From the NCBI GenBank assembly GCA_946476835.1, contig CAMKWA010000009.1, positions 24,017 through 88,016 of the forward strand: a stretch of 64,000 nucleotides of DNA. The letters run 5' to 3'. The notes beneath the pieces were generated by a model that was not told the DNA's origin, ran no database searches, and worked only from the letters and a program-made list of their open reading frames with translations. This stretch comes from an uncultured Neokomagataea sp. (lineage in GTDB: Bacteria > Pseudomonadota > Alphaproteobacteria > Acetobacterales > Acetobacteraceae). The position numbers were made by a program, and so were the translations under genes. This document shows positions 9,178 through 19,254 of the stretch, one piece after another (the stretch's first letter is position 1; each line of letters begins with the position of its first letter).

Positions 9178-10251
9178 TTAAGCGTCATCATCACCATCTT
9201 CGTCTTCTTCTGGCGGTAATGGAGCCGTTAAAACTCCACCCAACAACTCTTGCTCCACCAAACTCTCAGCAATTTGCACAGAGTTCAGTGCTGCACCCTT
9301 GCGCAAATTGTCAGACACGCACCACAAGGCCAAGCCATTCTCTACCGTTGGGTCAATGCGCAAACGTGAAACATAGGTGGCATCTTCCCCCACACATTCC
9401 AACGGCGTGACATAGCCGCCATCTTCACGCACATCACGCAGGATGACGCCCGGCGCTTTACGTAGCGCTTCACGTGCAGCACGCAAATCCACCGGCTTTT
9501 CACACTCAATACTAATTGCTTCAGAGTGACCAATAAAGACAGGCACACGCACACATGTCGCCAGCACTTTAATATCTGGATCCAAAATCTTGCGCGTTTC
9601 AACGGCCATCTTCCACTCTTCTTTCGTGGAGCCGTCATCCATAAAGCGATCAATATGTGGGATCACGTTAAACGCAATTTGCTTCGTGAACTGCGCAACC
9701 GTCGGCGGATCGCTCACGAAAGAACCCTTTGTCTGCGTAAAGAGTTCATCCATCCCGTCTTTACCCGCACCAGACACAGCTTGGTAAGTGGACACCACCA
9801 GACGCTTAATGCCGAATAAATCATGCAGAGGCTTCAACGCCACAACCATCTGCGCCGTGGAGCAGTTCGGGTTCGCAATAATATTCTTGCGCGCTTTCCG
9901 CAGAGCCTTCGCATTCACTTCCGGCACAACCAACGGAATACCCGGCTCCATGCGGAAATGGGACGTATTATCAATCACCACACAACCACTTGCCGCCGCA
10001 CGCGGTGCATGAACGGAAGACACCTTTGCACCAGGGGAGAACAAAGCAATGTCCCAGCCCTTAAAATCAAAAGTTTCAAGATTCTGAACCTTCAGAACCT
10101 TTTTATCTCCAAACGAAACCTCACGCCCAGCGGAACGCGGTGATGCCAGCGCGACAATCTCATCCACCGGAAAGTCACGCTCCGCCAGAGTTTTTAGAAT
10201 CTCACGACCAACCGCACCCGTGGCACCAACAACCGCAACCCGATAACCCAT
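9178..10251 (-). CDS. asd: Aspartate-semialdehyde dehydrogenase
   Basis: MGYRVAVVGATGAVGREIL NAD(P)-binding N-terminus and the active-site context NPNCST. It carries an unusual acidic C-terminal tail, PPEEDEDGDDDA. Confidence 0.9.
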   Translation of the reverse strand: MGYRVAVVGATGAVGREILKTLAERDFPVDEIVALASPRSAGREVSFGDKKVLKVQNLETFDFKGWDIALFSPGAKVSSVHAPRAAASGCVVIDNTSHFRMEPGIPLVVPEVNAKALRKARKNIIANPNCSTAQMVVALKPLHDLFGIKRLVVSTYQAVSGAGKDGMDELFTQTKGSFVSDPPTVAQFTKQIAFNVIPHIDRFMDDGSTKEEWKMAVETRKILDPDIKVLATCVRVPVFIGHSEAISIECEKPVDLRAAREALRKAPGVILRDVREDGGYVTPLECVGEDATYVSRLRIDPTVENGLALWCVSDNLRKGAALNSVQIAESLVEQELLGGVLTAPLPPEEDEDGDDDA

Positions 10252-10276
10252 AATCTTTAATCCGTTCCTGCCCTAA

Positions 10277-10969
10277 TTAACCGACAAGCGGCAGACGCTT
10301 GACCAATGACGAAAGGCGATGACGCCTCAACTCATAACGAGCCTTCTTGCTCGCCGCCATATAATTGAGCTGTATCGAATAACGCGTGCCAACAAACTGG
10401 CGATGTCCATGCCAAGCCGTCGGGCCATTGGGGAAGATCACCAACGTACCTTCCGCAGGCGTTACTTCAACATCATAATCTTCAATATCATCTGGGCCTT
10501 TCAAAAGACGCAGACACCCTTCATGAGATGACCAATCTTCACTGCTTGGATTCAAATACAGCAAAATTGTCACCAACTTCGCCGTCGAATCACAATGGAT
10601 CCGCCCATCCTTCTCACGCGTCCGCCCACGCATCGTCAGCATGGACGGAGCATCAGCCACATCAATGGCAAACTTCTCCGCCACCAGAGCTTTCAATTCC
10701 GGCCCCTCCAACGCGGCAATCAACGCCTGCACACGCGGCGTTAACGACAACGCTTCCGGCGGAAAAGAGCCGCCTGACGCCATCGGCGGCAACTCTTTCA
10801 CAAGCGCAGCAAGATCATCATTGCCAATGAAATGAGGCACCACAGCATGCGGGAAAGGCTTCTCCGCAACGGGCACACGCTTCAGGGCTTCATAATTGAG
10901 CGGAACACTGGTCATAGCGCGCATGACGCTACCCCCACACCCCACCAGTGGCAAGAGCTTCACATGCAA
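10277..10969 (-). CDS. 2OG-Fe(II) oxygenase superfamily protein
   Basis: HxD...H iron-binding pattern (IHCDS ... WHGH) with a double-stranded beta-helix-like core. The start may instead be the ATG at 10924. Confidence 0.6.
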   Translation of the reverse strand: MHVKLLPLVGCGGSVMRAMTSVPLNYEALKRVPVAEKPFPHAVVPHFIGNDDLAALVKELPPMASGGSFPPEALSLTPRVQALIAALEGPELKALVAEKFAIDVADAPSMLTMRGRTREKDGRIHCDSTAKLVTILLYLNPSSEDWSSHEGCLRLLKGPDDIEDYDVEVTPAEGTLVIFPNGPTAWHGHRQFVGTRYSIQLNYMAASKKARYELRRHRLSSLVKRLPLVG

Positions 10970-11055
10970 CCCTCACATTCCCATATGTGACGTTACGGTT
11001 TCACGGACCGTAAAAATGCGTTAGTTTGCACGGCTAAAACGACAGGAGATTTCCC

Positions 11056-13746
11056 ATGGGCGACGATCAGGACGCCATCAGCAGCGCCAATCTAGCCTAT
11101 CTGACGGCCCTCCATGAACAATGGTTAGAAGACCCCCAAACGGTTGACCCAACCTTTGCAGCTCTCTTCAGCACATTGGGCCTCAGCTTGCCTGTCTCCT
11201 CCAATGCGGCCACACACAATACCGCCAGCACCAGCCATGATGACGCCCTGCGCGCAGCCTACCGCCAACGTGGGCATGTCATGGCACAGCTCGACCCGCT
11301 TGGCCTGACCAATCCTCGCCCCCCTGCGGAACTCACGCCAGATGGGGCAAACCCCACCCTACGTGCCGCCCTTCAGCGCGCCTATTGTGGTACGCTCGCC
11401 ATTGAATTCATGCATATCCAAGACCCGGATAAGCGCCAATGGTGGATTGAACGTTTTGAACACCCACAACCTGCCACACACGCTACCGAGTTCATCCTCT
11501 CTGCGCTAACCGCCGCTGAAGGCTTTGAAACCTTCTGCCAAAAGCGTTTTAAAGCCATGCGCCGCTTCGGCTTAGAAGGCGGAGAAAGCCTCGTCGTTGC
11601 CCTGCGTGCCATTCTTGAACATGCTGCGGATGATCATACGGACTCTATGTCCATCGGTATGCCGCATCGCGGGCGGCTCAACGTCATGGCCAATGTTCTG
11701 CGGAAACCTTTTGAAGCCATCTTCAATGAATTCCGTGGCGGCTCTTTCAAACCCGAAGACATCGATGGCTCAGGGGATGTCAAATATCACCTTGGCACCG
11801 CCACAACCATCACACGACAAGGCCACGATATTCGTGTGTCTCTCCTACCGAACCCTTCTCATCTTGAAGCCATTAACCCGGTTGTTTTAGGGCGTATTCG
11901 CGCAGATCAAGACCAAAATGCCAACCCACGGCATCACCACCGCCACCACAACACAACACGCGGTGATAAGCATCTTGGCGTGCTTGTGCACGGAGATGCG
12001 GCCTTTGCAGGCCAAGGCGTAGTGTATGAAACACTCATGCTGTCTCAACTCGCTGGCTACCGGACAGGCGGCACCATCCACCTAATCATCAATAACCAGA
12101 TTGGCTTCACCACCGTCCCTGAAGATGGTTTCTCCGGGACACGCGGCACCGATATTGCCAAATCTATCGAAGCGCCCATTTTGCACGTCAATGGTGATGA
12201 CCCCGAGGCCGTGTTCCGCGCAGCCGCACTCGCCTATGAATGGCGCAAAGCCTTCCGGTCCGACATTGTCCTCGATATCGTGTGCTATCGCCGCTTTGGC
12301 CATAACGAAACAGACGAACCCGCTTTCACACAACCCACCATGGTGCGTGCTATCCGCGCCCGCTCCTCTGTGCGCCGTCTCTATGCCGATTCACTCATCC
12401 AACGCGGCATCGTGTCAGAAGCGCACATCGAAACACGTTGGAATAACGCACAGAACATTCTCGAAGCGGCCTATAGCGCCGCCCCAGACTATCGCCCAGA
12501 CCCTACTGAATGGCTTGATACACCACAGAACCCCACACGCCTTGAGGATGAGCCCGAGCGCATCCAACCCATGACCGGCGTCCCCCTGAAGCGCTTACGT
12601 CTTGCCGCTGATGGGTTATCCACCATTCCTGAAGGCCTGACGATACACCCACGCCTTGCCCGGCAAATCCTTGCGCGCGGAGAGGCTATCGCTGCCGGAA
12701 AGCCACTAGACTGGGCCAGTTGTGAAGCTCTGGCTTTTGGTACGCTCTCTATGGATGGGCACCCTGTACGCCTTTCCGGGCAAGATAGCCGCCGTGGTAC
12801 CTTCTCACAGCGCCATGCTGTCCTGATTGACCAAGAAACCGGACGGGAGGAAACACCTCTCGCTAATCTCGCTCCCCACCAAGCGCCACTCCATTTCTGG
12901 AACTCCCCCCTCTCTGAATATGCCGTACTGGGCTTTGAATATGGCTACTCTCTCGGCAATCCAGACGCACTCGTCGTATGGGAAGCGCAGTTTGGTGACT
13001 TCGTAAACGGCGCTCAAATTATTCTGGATCAGTTCATCGCCTCAGGTGAGACAAAGTGGCTGCGTACCTCTGGCCTCGTTCTCCTGCTACCACATGGCTA
13101 TGAAGGTGGGGGGCCAGAGCACTCCTCGGCACGCCCTGAACGTATTTTGCAGCTCTGCGCCGAGAACAACCTGCGTGTCTGCAATATCTCCACCCCCGCC
13201 AATTACTTCCACGCTTTACGCCGACAAATCGCCCGGCGCTGCCGCAAGCCCTTGGTGGTGTTCACTCCAAAATCGCTCCTACGCCACAAAGAAACCGTGT
13301 CTCCATTGGAGGATATGGGCCCACAAACCCGTTTCCACCCCGTCCTGCCAGACCCTGACTATAATGCAGGCGCAACAAGGATCATTCTTTGCACAGGCAA
13401 GGTTTTTTATGACCTTCTGGCCGAACGCCGGAGCGCGCAAAAAGACAATGTCGCCCTCATCCGCTTGGAGCAACTCTACCCATTCCCCGGCCGGGAGCTA
13501 CAACAAGAACTCGCCCGCTATCCAAATGCGCAAGAGATCCTCTGGTGCCAGGAAGAACCCCAAAATAATGGGGCATGGCATTTCGTTGACCGCCGCATTG
13601 AACGCGTCCTCACAGAAATGAACCTTCCCGTTCAACGGCCCGTCTATGTCGGTCGTGCCAGTGCCGCGTCCCCTGCAACTGGGCTAGCTCAGCTACACAC
13701 ATGGCAACAAGAAAGCCTCATTAAAACAGCCATTGGCACCGCCTGA
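11056..13746 (+). CDS. sucA: 2-oxoglutarate dehydrogenase E1 component / 2-oxoglutarate decarboxylase
   Basis: Typical SucA N-terminus, ThDP-binding region (GDAAFAGQGVV) and C-terminal transketolase-like domain. There is no sucB or lpd downstream. Confidence 0.9.
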   Translation: MGDDQDAISSANLAYLTALHEQWLEDPQTVDPTFAALFSTLGLSLPVSSNAATHNTASTSHDDALRAAYRQRGHVMAQLDPLGLTNPRPPAELTPDGANPTLRAALQRAYCGTLAIEFMHIQDPDKRQWWIERFEHPQPATHATEFILSALTAAEGFETFCQKRFKAMRRFGLEGGESLVVALRAILEHAADDHTDSMSIGMPHRGRLNVMANVLRKPFEAIFNEFRGGSFKPEDIDGSGDVKYHLGTATTITRQGHDIRVSLLPNPSHLEAINPVVLGRIRADQDQNANPRHHHRHHNTTRGDKHLGVLVHGDAAFAGQGVVYETLMLSQLAGYRTGGTIHLIINNQIGFTTVPEDGFSGTRGTDIAKSIEAPILHVNGDDPEAVFRAAALAYEWRKAFRSDIVLDIVCYRRFGHNETDEPAFTQPTMVRAIRARSSVRRLYADSLIQRGIVSEAHIETRWNNAQNILEAAYSAAPDYRPDPTEWLDTPQNPTRLEDEPERIQPMTGVPLKRLRLAADGLSTIPEGLTIHPRLARQILARGEAIAAGKPLDWASCEALAFGTLSMDGHPVRLSGQDSRRGTFSQRHAVLIDQETGREETPLANLAPHQAPLHFWNSPLSEYAVLGFEYGYSLGNPDALVVWEAQFGDFVNGAQIILDQFIASGETKWLRTSGLVLLLPHGYEGGGPEHSSARPERILQLCAENNLRVCNISTPANYFHALRRQIARRCRKPLVVFTPKSLLRHKETVSPLEDMGPQTRFHPVLPDPDYNAGATRIILCTGKVFYDLLAERRSAQKDNVALIRLEQLYPFPGRELQQELARYPNAQEILWCQEEPQNNGAWHFVDRRIERVLTEMNLPVQRPVYVGRASAASPATGLAQLHTWQQESLIKTAIGTA

Positions 13747-13812
13747 TCCGCGATCAGGCTTGCCAGTACCGTACCGCTTGGCTGTTATAGGCAGACACGC
13801 CGCTCAAACCTT

Positions 13813-14733
13813 GTGGGTCTTATGCTCCGTCCTGTCTGCCTGTTTGCTTATTTTGACCCCGCCCCAACCTTAGCGCCGCATACCCGCCACCTTTTGCACA
13901 ACATCCACCAAGCCGGGTTTGAGATTCACATTGCAGTTTCCAGCCTTAAACCCCATGACAATTCAGGCCTCATCACCCTTCAAAAAAGCTTTGCACAGGG
14001 GCCTACTCCCATTCCTGCACGGCTATACCCGCGCCTCAATCAGGGCCTCGATTTTGGAGCATGGCAAGATCTGATAAACACAGGCTGCATACAACACGCC
14101 TCTGAAATTCTACTTGCAAATGACAGCGTCTTTGGTGCCATTCAGCCTCTTCCGCCCATCATCGAAACCATGCGCAAACAGGCCTTACCTGTCTGGGGCA
14201 TGGTGCGTTCTGAAGCGGTAACCCAACACCTGCAATCATGGTTTCTCACCATAAACCGAGCAGCCTTCGAACATCCCGCGCTCCAACGCATCTTTACACA
14301 ACCCTTTCACAGCATGAGCAAAGACGAAATCGTTTTACATGGTGAGTTAGGCCTTGGCCTCGCTATGCGTCATGCAGGATGGGACCTAGCGGCATGCTGG
14401 TCGAGCCAACGCGGCCTTGCCAAATTGCTCGCAGCCAACCCGATGCACACAGACTGGCGCAATGTCCTCCTCTCAGGACGCGCACCCTTCATCAAAACCG
14501 AACTCTTGCGCGATAATCCCAGTGGTATCGCCGATACACATAAATGGCGTACCTACCTTGCCCAAGCATCTCAGACTCAACCCGGTTTCTTTCTGCCTGA
14601 GTGGATTGAACACTACCTCAACAACACACCACGCCGGATAACAGCACCTCGCCCCCGGCTACGCGCTCGTGCTGTCCAAGTCCTCGCCAGCCAAAACCGC
14701 TGGCAAGCCTTGCGCCATCTCATACTGACTTAA
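13813..14733 (+). CDS. Rhamnan-synthesis-F (RgpF)-like glycosyltransferase family protein
   Basis: LANDSVFGAI ... HLQSWFLTINR matches my recollection of the conserved NDS.fGP and H.QSyF blocks of RgpF-type proteins. The start is either GTG 13813 or ATG 13822. Confidence 0.55.
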   Translation: MGLMLRPVCLFAYFDPAPTLAPHTRHLLHNIHQAGFEIHIAVSSLKPHDNSGLITLQKSFAQGPTPIPARLYPRLNQGLDFGAWQDLINTGCIQHASEILLANDSVFGAIQPLPPIIETMRKQALPVWGMVRSEAVTQHLQSWFLTINRAAFEHPALQRIFTQPFHSMSKDEIVLHGELGLGLAMRHAGWDLAACWSSQRGLAKLLAANPMHTDWRNVLLSGRAPFIKTELLRDNPSGIADTHKWRTYLAQASQTQPGFFLPEWIEHYLNNTPRRITAPRPRLRARAVQVLASQNRWQALRHLILT

Positions 14734-14792
14734 ACAGACAAACGACCAAGCATCCACTTTAACACAACAGACCAACTATCCATCCAAAGCAC

Positions 14793-17477
14793 TTACCGCC
14801 CAGAAACACGCTTAAGATGCTCTAACAAATCATCACTTTGCGCATCAAACGTACACAACGTCTCCTTTAACCGATTTACATACCCATCAAAGCGTGAAGG
14901 TTCCGCCACCAACATACGCATAGCCTCAGCCAACGCCTCAGACCGCCCATCAATAGGAAGATAGGTTCCATTAACCCCCTCCACCACGTCTTCAGACTGC
15001 CCCCCCGGCGCAGTCGTCACAACCCACACATCCCGCGCCAATGCCTCACGTACAGTCAGGCCATAACTCTCTTTCCACTGAGAGGGGAATAACAACACAT
15101 CCACCTCGTCATAAAACGCATCTAACTCCGACTGAGCATATCCCGACACAACCTTCAGCGTTCCACGGATCGACCATTCATCATCACGGATCGACTGATA
15201 ACCAAGATTCCGCTTGTTATCGACCAATGTCAGGCTCCACCCGCCAACATCAATCCCCTCCGCCGCCTTCTTCAGCAGCTTATACCCCTTAATGTCTTCC
15301 GTGCCTCCGACATACGCAAAACGTACCCCTTCACCCGGGCGGCGCATTTTGCGCGGACGTTGCGGCCACGCAAAACCATTGCGATTAACGACGATCCGAT
15401 CGGCCGAAATCCCATTTGCAATATACAACTGCCGCTGCATTTCAGAAGGACAAAGTAACAAAGACGCCCGCTCCAAAGCGTGCATCATCAGTCGCTGACG
15501 GTCTGCCAAATATACTGTGTCAGACTGGCACTTACGGCATACATCCAAATCAATATTCGTCTGGAAGCAATACTGACCATCCGCTTTCACCATGAACTGG
15601 CGTTCACACAGCCACCATGCATCGTGCAATGTCACCACATACGGAACACCATGCACCTCACAGGCACGGAGTAAAGACAAGCCCAAACCCTGCACAGAAT
15701 GGATATGCACCACATCGGGCTGAAATGCTTCTAACCATGCTTCAAAATGCGGTGCATTCGACGGATTATCAATCCATCCAAAGCGATCACTAGTTTCCGG
15801 AATGGTCATCGCCAAAACGGGTACACCATCAACCGTATAGCGCAAACTGCCCGGTGATCGCCCCACCTCATCCGGTCGTGACGTTACGACCGAGACATCC
15901 ACCCCGCGGACCTTCAGCCCCCGAACCAGCTCTTCCGCCACAATGGTCGCGCCACCAAAAGAATACGGCTTATAATAAACATTCACTGCCAGAACACGTA
16001 AGGCCTGACGGTCCTGCACCGGCGGCGCACCATAGAGTGACTTTACCTGACGCTGCGCCACCTCATCTGGGTGGTAGCGCGCCAACACATCCTGCTTAGC
16101 ACGTTGCGCCAAAGCACTACGCAAGGCTCCATCCTCAGCGAGACGCAAAAATGCCCGACACCACTCCTCATCTGTCACAGCTAAAATACCATTCTCGCCT
16201 GACACCATGACCGAACGAAATGGACCACGCGGTGAACAAATACTCGCCACCTCTACAATAGAGGCCTCAACAAATTTAATATTGCTTTTGCAGTCATTGA
16301 AAAGTGTTTCTTGCAACGGCGCGATACTTATATCGCTATGTGATAAAACTTTCAAATACTCTGCATAGGGGCGCATCGGTAAGCGCTCAATACGCTCACC
16401 AAATCGCTCAAAACTCTGCGAAATCTGAACAGGCCCGACAACGCGCAAACACAACCGCTCATCACGTTCCATCGCCGTGAGCAAACCCTGCTCTGCCTGG
16501 CGAAAATCTGCGTCATGCGTATTGGTACCTGAGCCATAACACACCCAGACAGCTTCAGAATCGTCCCGTCTTTTCTTCGGTGGCAGAGCCTGAACAATAT
16601 TCAGCGTATCCAAGTCTAATGCATTTTCAATAACCCCGACATCACGCAGCCCGGCATCACGCATAGCTTGCGCTAGTGCCTCTGTGGACGCCAAACCCTC
16701 ACCACACGCCAACATCGCCTTACGAAAAAGACCTACCCCAAAAAACAATAAATCTTGCTCTGCCTTGGGTAACGTTTCTACATTCCCATTCTGCCGATAT
16801 TCCTGAAGATCAAAAATAAGATCATCAACTTCCCATCGTGGCGCCAACGCCAGTCGATGTGCTTCAGCAATCTGCGCCAGAACAGCATCAAATCCCGGTA
16901 CACGGTAAAAAATCACACATGTGCAGACCTGAAGTGCAGACATCACTTTGGCTTGATCGCGCCAATCAACAACTTCTACCCGCCACCCCAGACGCTCAAG
17001 AAGATCTTTTTTCTGCCAAACTCGGTACTTCGCACACTGAATAATAGCAAGTTCAGATATAATCAAAAATAACGGTGATAAATCAGAAATTATTCTTTTA
17101 TCAGATTCCCAATAAAATCCACCCTTACCTATTATTTCTTTTTTTCTTCGTATTTTTTTTATTAATTTATCAAATACATAGTCAATTTTCTGACGATTTT
17201 TAAGATAAAAAAATTCGTCCCTATACTCTCGGAGAGTTTTTCCATTTGGAAAGCGCCCATGCCGTAAACCACTCACACACCGTATAGGAGCCGTGATTTT
17301 CCACGAACGTGATGCACGAAGCTGCGCTAACTCTAACCTTAACTGATCACGCTCATTGATAAGGTCATCAAACCGTCGCCCTTGCAAACGTATAGAGCTT
17401 GAAAAATATGCTCTATCTTCTTCAGCCTCACTCTGAGACCCATTCTTTGCAGCTCGTGATGGAAAAATCCGCATCAA
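14793..17477 (-). CDS. Three-part glycosyltransferase
   Basis: N-terminal coiled coil with an SRSWKITAPIR motif. The central GT-B-like domain is paralogous to one in the 19255..21591 product. The C-terminal half has GT4 hallmarks (LRVLAVNVYY..., ESYGLTVREA, an E-x7-E type motif). Confidence 0.75.
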   Translation of the reverse strand: MMRIFPSRAAKNGSQSEAEEDRAYFSSSIRLQGRRFDDLINERDQLRLELAQLRASRSWKITAPIRCVSGLRHGRFPNGKTLREYRDEFFYLKNRQKIDYVFDKLIKKIRRKKEIIGKGGFYWESDKRIISDLSPLFLIISELAIIQCAKYRVWQKKDLLERLGWRVEVVDWRDQAKVMSALQVCTCVIFYRVPGFDAVLAQIAEAHRLALAPRWEVDDLIFDLQEYRQNGNVETLPKAEQDLLFFGVGLFRKAMLACGEGLASTEALAQAMRDAGLRDVGVIENALDLDTLNIVQALPPKKRRDDSEAVWVCYGSGTNTHDADFRQAEQGLLTAMERDERLCLRVVGPVQISQSFERFGERIERLPMRPYAEYLKVLSHSDISIAPLQETLFNDCKSNIKFVEASIVEVASICSPRGPFRSVMVSGENGILAVTDEEWCRAFLRLAEDGALRSALAQRAKQDVLARYHPDEVAQRQVKSLYGAPPVQDRQALRVLAVNVYYKPYSFGGATIVAEELVRGLKVRGVDVSVVTSRPDEVGRSPGSLRYTVDGVPVLAMTIPETSDRFGWIDNPSNAPHFEAWLEAFQPDVVHIHSVQGLGLSLLRACEVHGVPYVVTLHDAWWLCERQFMVKADGQYCFQTNIDLDVCRKCQSDTVYLADRQRLMMHALERASLLLCPSEMQRQLYIANGISADRIVVNRNGFAWPQRPRKMRRPGEGVRFAYVGGTEDIKGYKLLKKAAEGIDVGGWSLTLVDNKRNLGYQSIRDDEWSIRGTLKVVSGYAQSELDAFYDEVDVLLFPSQWKESYGLTVREALARDVWVVTTAPGGQSEDVVEGVNGTYLPIDGRSEALAEAMRMLVAEPSRFDGYVNRLKETLCTFDAQSDDLLEHLKRVSGR

Positions 17478-17502
17478 TGCCTAATACCGCCTTAACCACA
17501 AC

Positions 17503-17535
17503 CCAAAGAAAAAGCCCGGCACAAGACCGGGCTTT
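17503..17535 (-). terminator. Rho-independent terminator after the repeat-protein gene
   Basis: Stem agcccgg/ccgggct with a 7-nt loop. It is followed on the minus strand by TTTTTCTTT and lies between the stop at 17564 and the next gene's start at 17477. Confidence 0.7.
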
Positions 17536-17563
17536 CTCATGAAGCATTACCTAAGCTAGAATA

Positions 17564-18916
17564 TTAGCTCAGTGTAAAGTTGCTTGCCTTCAGGTTCGTA
17601 ATACCCACGAACGTGATCTTGGAGTTGTCGCTCAGCTGAATTGTGGTGTTGCCACCAGCAACCGTAGCATTCTGAAGAACGCTCTGCAGGCCGTTGTTGT
17701 TTTGCAGACCGTACTGGTACAGAGCCATAAGGTTACCAGCTGCGCTACCGAAGTCTTGGATGGTGTAGTTACCACCAGCAGCGCCCTTGTTCAGAGCAAA
17801 CAAGTTAGCAGCACCCGTGCCACCAACCAGCGTTGCGTTACCTGTGCCACCAACCAGCGTATCCGCACCGTTGCCGCCGGTAATCGTTTCGTTGCCTGTA
17901 CCAGCGAAAGCATGCAGAATGCCCGTGGTGCTCGCAGCAGAAACCGTTTCATTGCCTTCGCCACCAACAAACAGGTTCGTGCCAGAACCGGTCAGTTGTG
18001 CATTCAGAGCGCCTGCACCGAAGATTGTTGACGTACCAGCGGAGATCGTCGTGCTGCCCGTACCATTCAGGAAGGTCAGTGCGCCAGAAACGCTGATGTT
18101 GTTCGCCGTACCGCGTACAACCTGCAAATTGCTTGCTGCAGAAACAGTGTTGTTTGAACCGCCAACAACCGTTGAAAGGCTACCGGTTGAGAAGTAAGAG
18201 CTTGCACTACCAGCCGCGACGTAGCTGTTCGTACCAAACGAAACGTTATTGCCCTGTGCACCGTCAATGATCGTGCTGTTTGCACCCAGAGAAACCTGAG
18301 AGCTACCACCGATCAGCGTAACTGTGTTGGTGCCAGATGTACCCTTAATCGTGTCCTGACCTTCGGACAGAACAGAATTCACACCGGAACCCAGCGTAAT
18401 CAGATTGTTGCCAACGCCACCTGCAATAGTGTTGTTACCATTCGTAGCATTGATCGTGTCGTTGCCAGTACCTGTAGCAATGTTCCAGTTTCCGGTGCCA
18501 TTTGTACCGGAGAACAGGTTATTGCCAACGCCACCAACGAAAATACCGCTCTGGCTACCAGCAACAACCGTTGTACCAGCCCAGTCACCAGCCAGAACAT
18601 TAACACCAGATACAGTGCTGTTCGTCAGGTCAAGCTGAACAGCTGAGTTCAGCGTATCTGATGGGCCATACGAACCAACCGTAATGTTGGAAAGTGAACC
18701 ACCAATGCTGTAATTGCCACCAGAAGAAACTAGGCCATGCTGAGCAGAAACGCCCGTTGTAGACCCTGGCACCAGATCCAGAACAGACGAACCATTAGCT
18801 GCAAAAATACCACCAACGCCGGCTGCGTACTGATTAGCCAATGCCTGAGCACGGGCGCCATCTACCGTAACTGAAAAGGCGTTTTGCGAAGCCCCTTGGA
18901 CTGTAACGACCGCCAT
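17564..18916 (-). CDS. Secreted-type Gly/Asn/Ser/Thr-rich beta-helix/beta-roll repeat protein with degenerate RTX nonapeptides
   Basis: It has no signal peptide and no Cys, and it is acidic. Residues 347-373, GGNGADTLVGGTGNATLVGGTGAANLF, follow the GGxGxDxUx pattern. A strong SD (GAGGAG) precedes the ATG, and the gene has its own terminator. Confidence 0.7.
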   Translation of the reverse strand: MAVVTVQGASQNAFSVTVDGARAQALANQYAAGVGGIFAANGSSVLDLVPGSTTGVSAQHGLVSSGGNYSIGGSLSNITVGSYGPSDTLNSAVQLDLTNSTVSGVNVLAGDWAGTTVVAGSQSGIFVGGVGNNLFSGTNGTGNWNIATGTGNDTINATNGNNTIAGGVGNNLITLGSGVNSVLSEGQDTIKGTSGTNTVTLIGGSSQVSLGANSTIIDGAQGNNVSFGTNSYVAAGSASSYFSTGSLSTVVGGSNNTVSAASNLQVVRGTANNISVSGALTFLNGTGSTTISAGTSTIFGAGALNAQLTGSGTNLFVGGEGNETVSAASTTGILHAFAGTGNETITGGNGADTLVGGTGNATLVGGTGAANLFALNKGAAGGNYTIQDFGSAAGNLMALYQYGLQNNNGLQSVLQNATVAGGNTTIQLSDNSKITFVGITNLKASNFTLS

Positions 18917-18992
18917 AACTTAGTACTCCTCGAAAACTAAGATTGCGTACACTGGCGGTCGGATGACCACCCCGTTTTAATGAGTGACGCTG

Positions 18993-19022
18993 ACTATAAT
19001 CAAACGTTGCCTCACGACGCAA
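18993..19022 (-). promoter_or_regulatory. Candidate sigma70-type promoter for the repeat-protein gene
   Basis: The minus strand reads TTGCGT, then 18 nt, then TATAGT, about 75 nt upstream of the ATG at 18916. Confidence 0.3.
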
Positions 19023-19254
19023 TCACCGATCAGTCTCTTGCGTACATAAAGTCAAAGTCAACTCTAAATACTCACAAAAGAAAACGGCGCTACCGCCTCA
19101 GACAACACATTAGGCACTCTCACTACCATACACAAAAAGCATTATCAGAGCAAGAGTTTCCACCTTTTTCACAAGGATCAAACAAAACACTTTTAAATAA
19201 AAAAAAATATGTCAAAAACAATACAAAGGTTTAACTAAAATAACAGAGCGAAAA

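Noticed and set aside
17564-18916. Possibility that the 450-aa repeat protein is a flagellin, given the nearby flagellar operon.
   Set aside because: It lacks the conserved helical N- and C-terminal flagellin domains. Instead it shows RTX-like Gly-rich nonapeptides and beta-strand repeats throughout.
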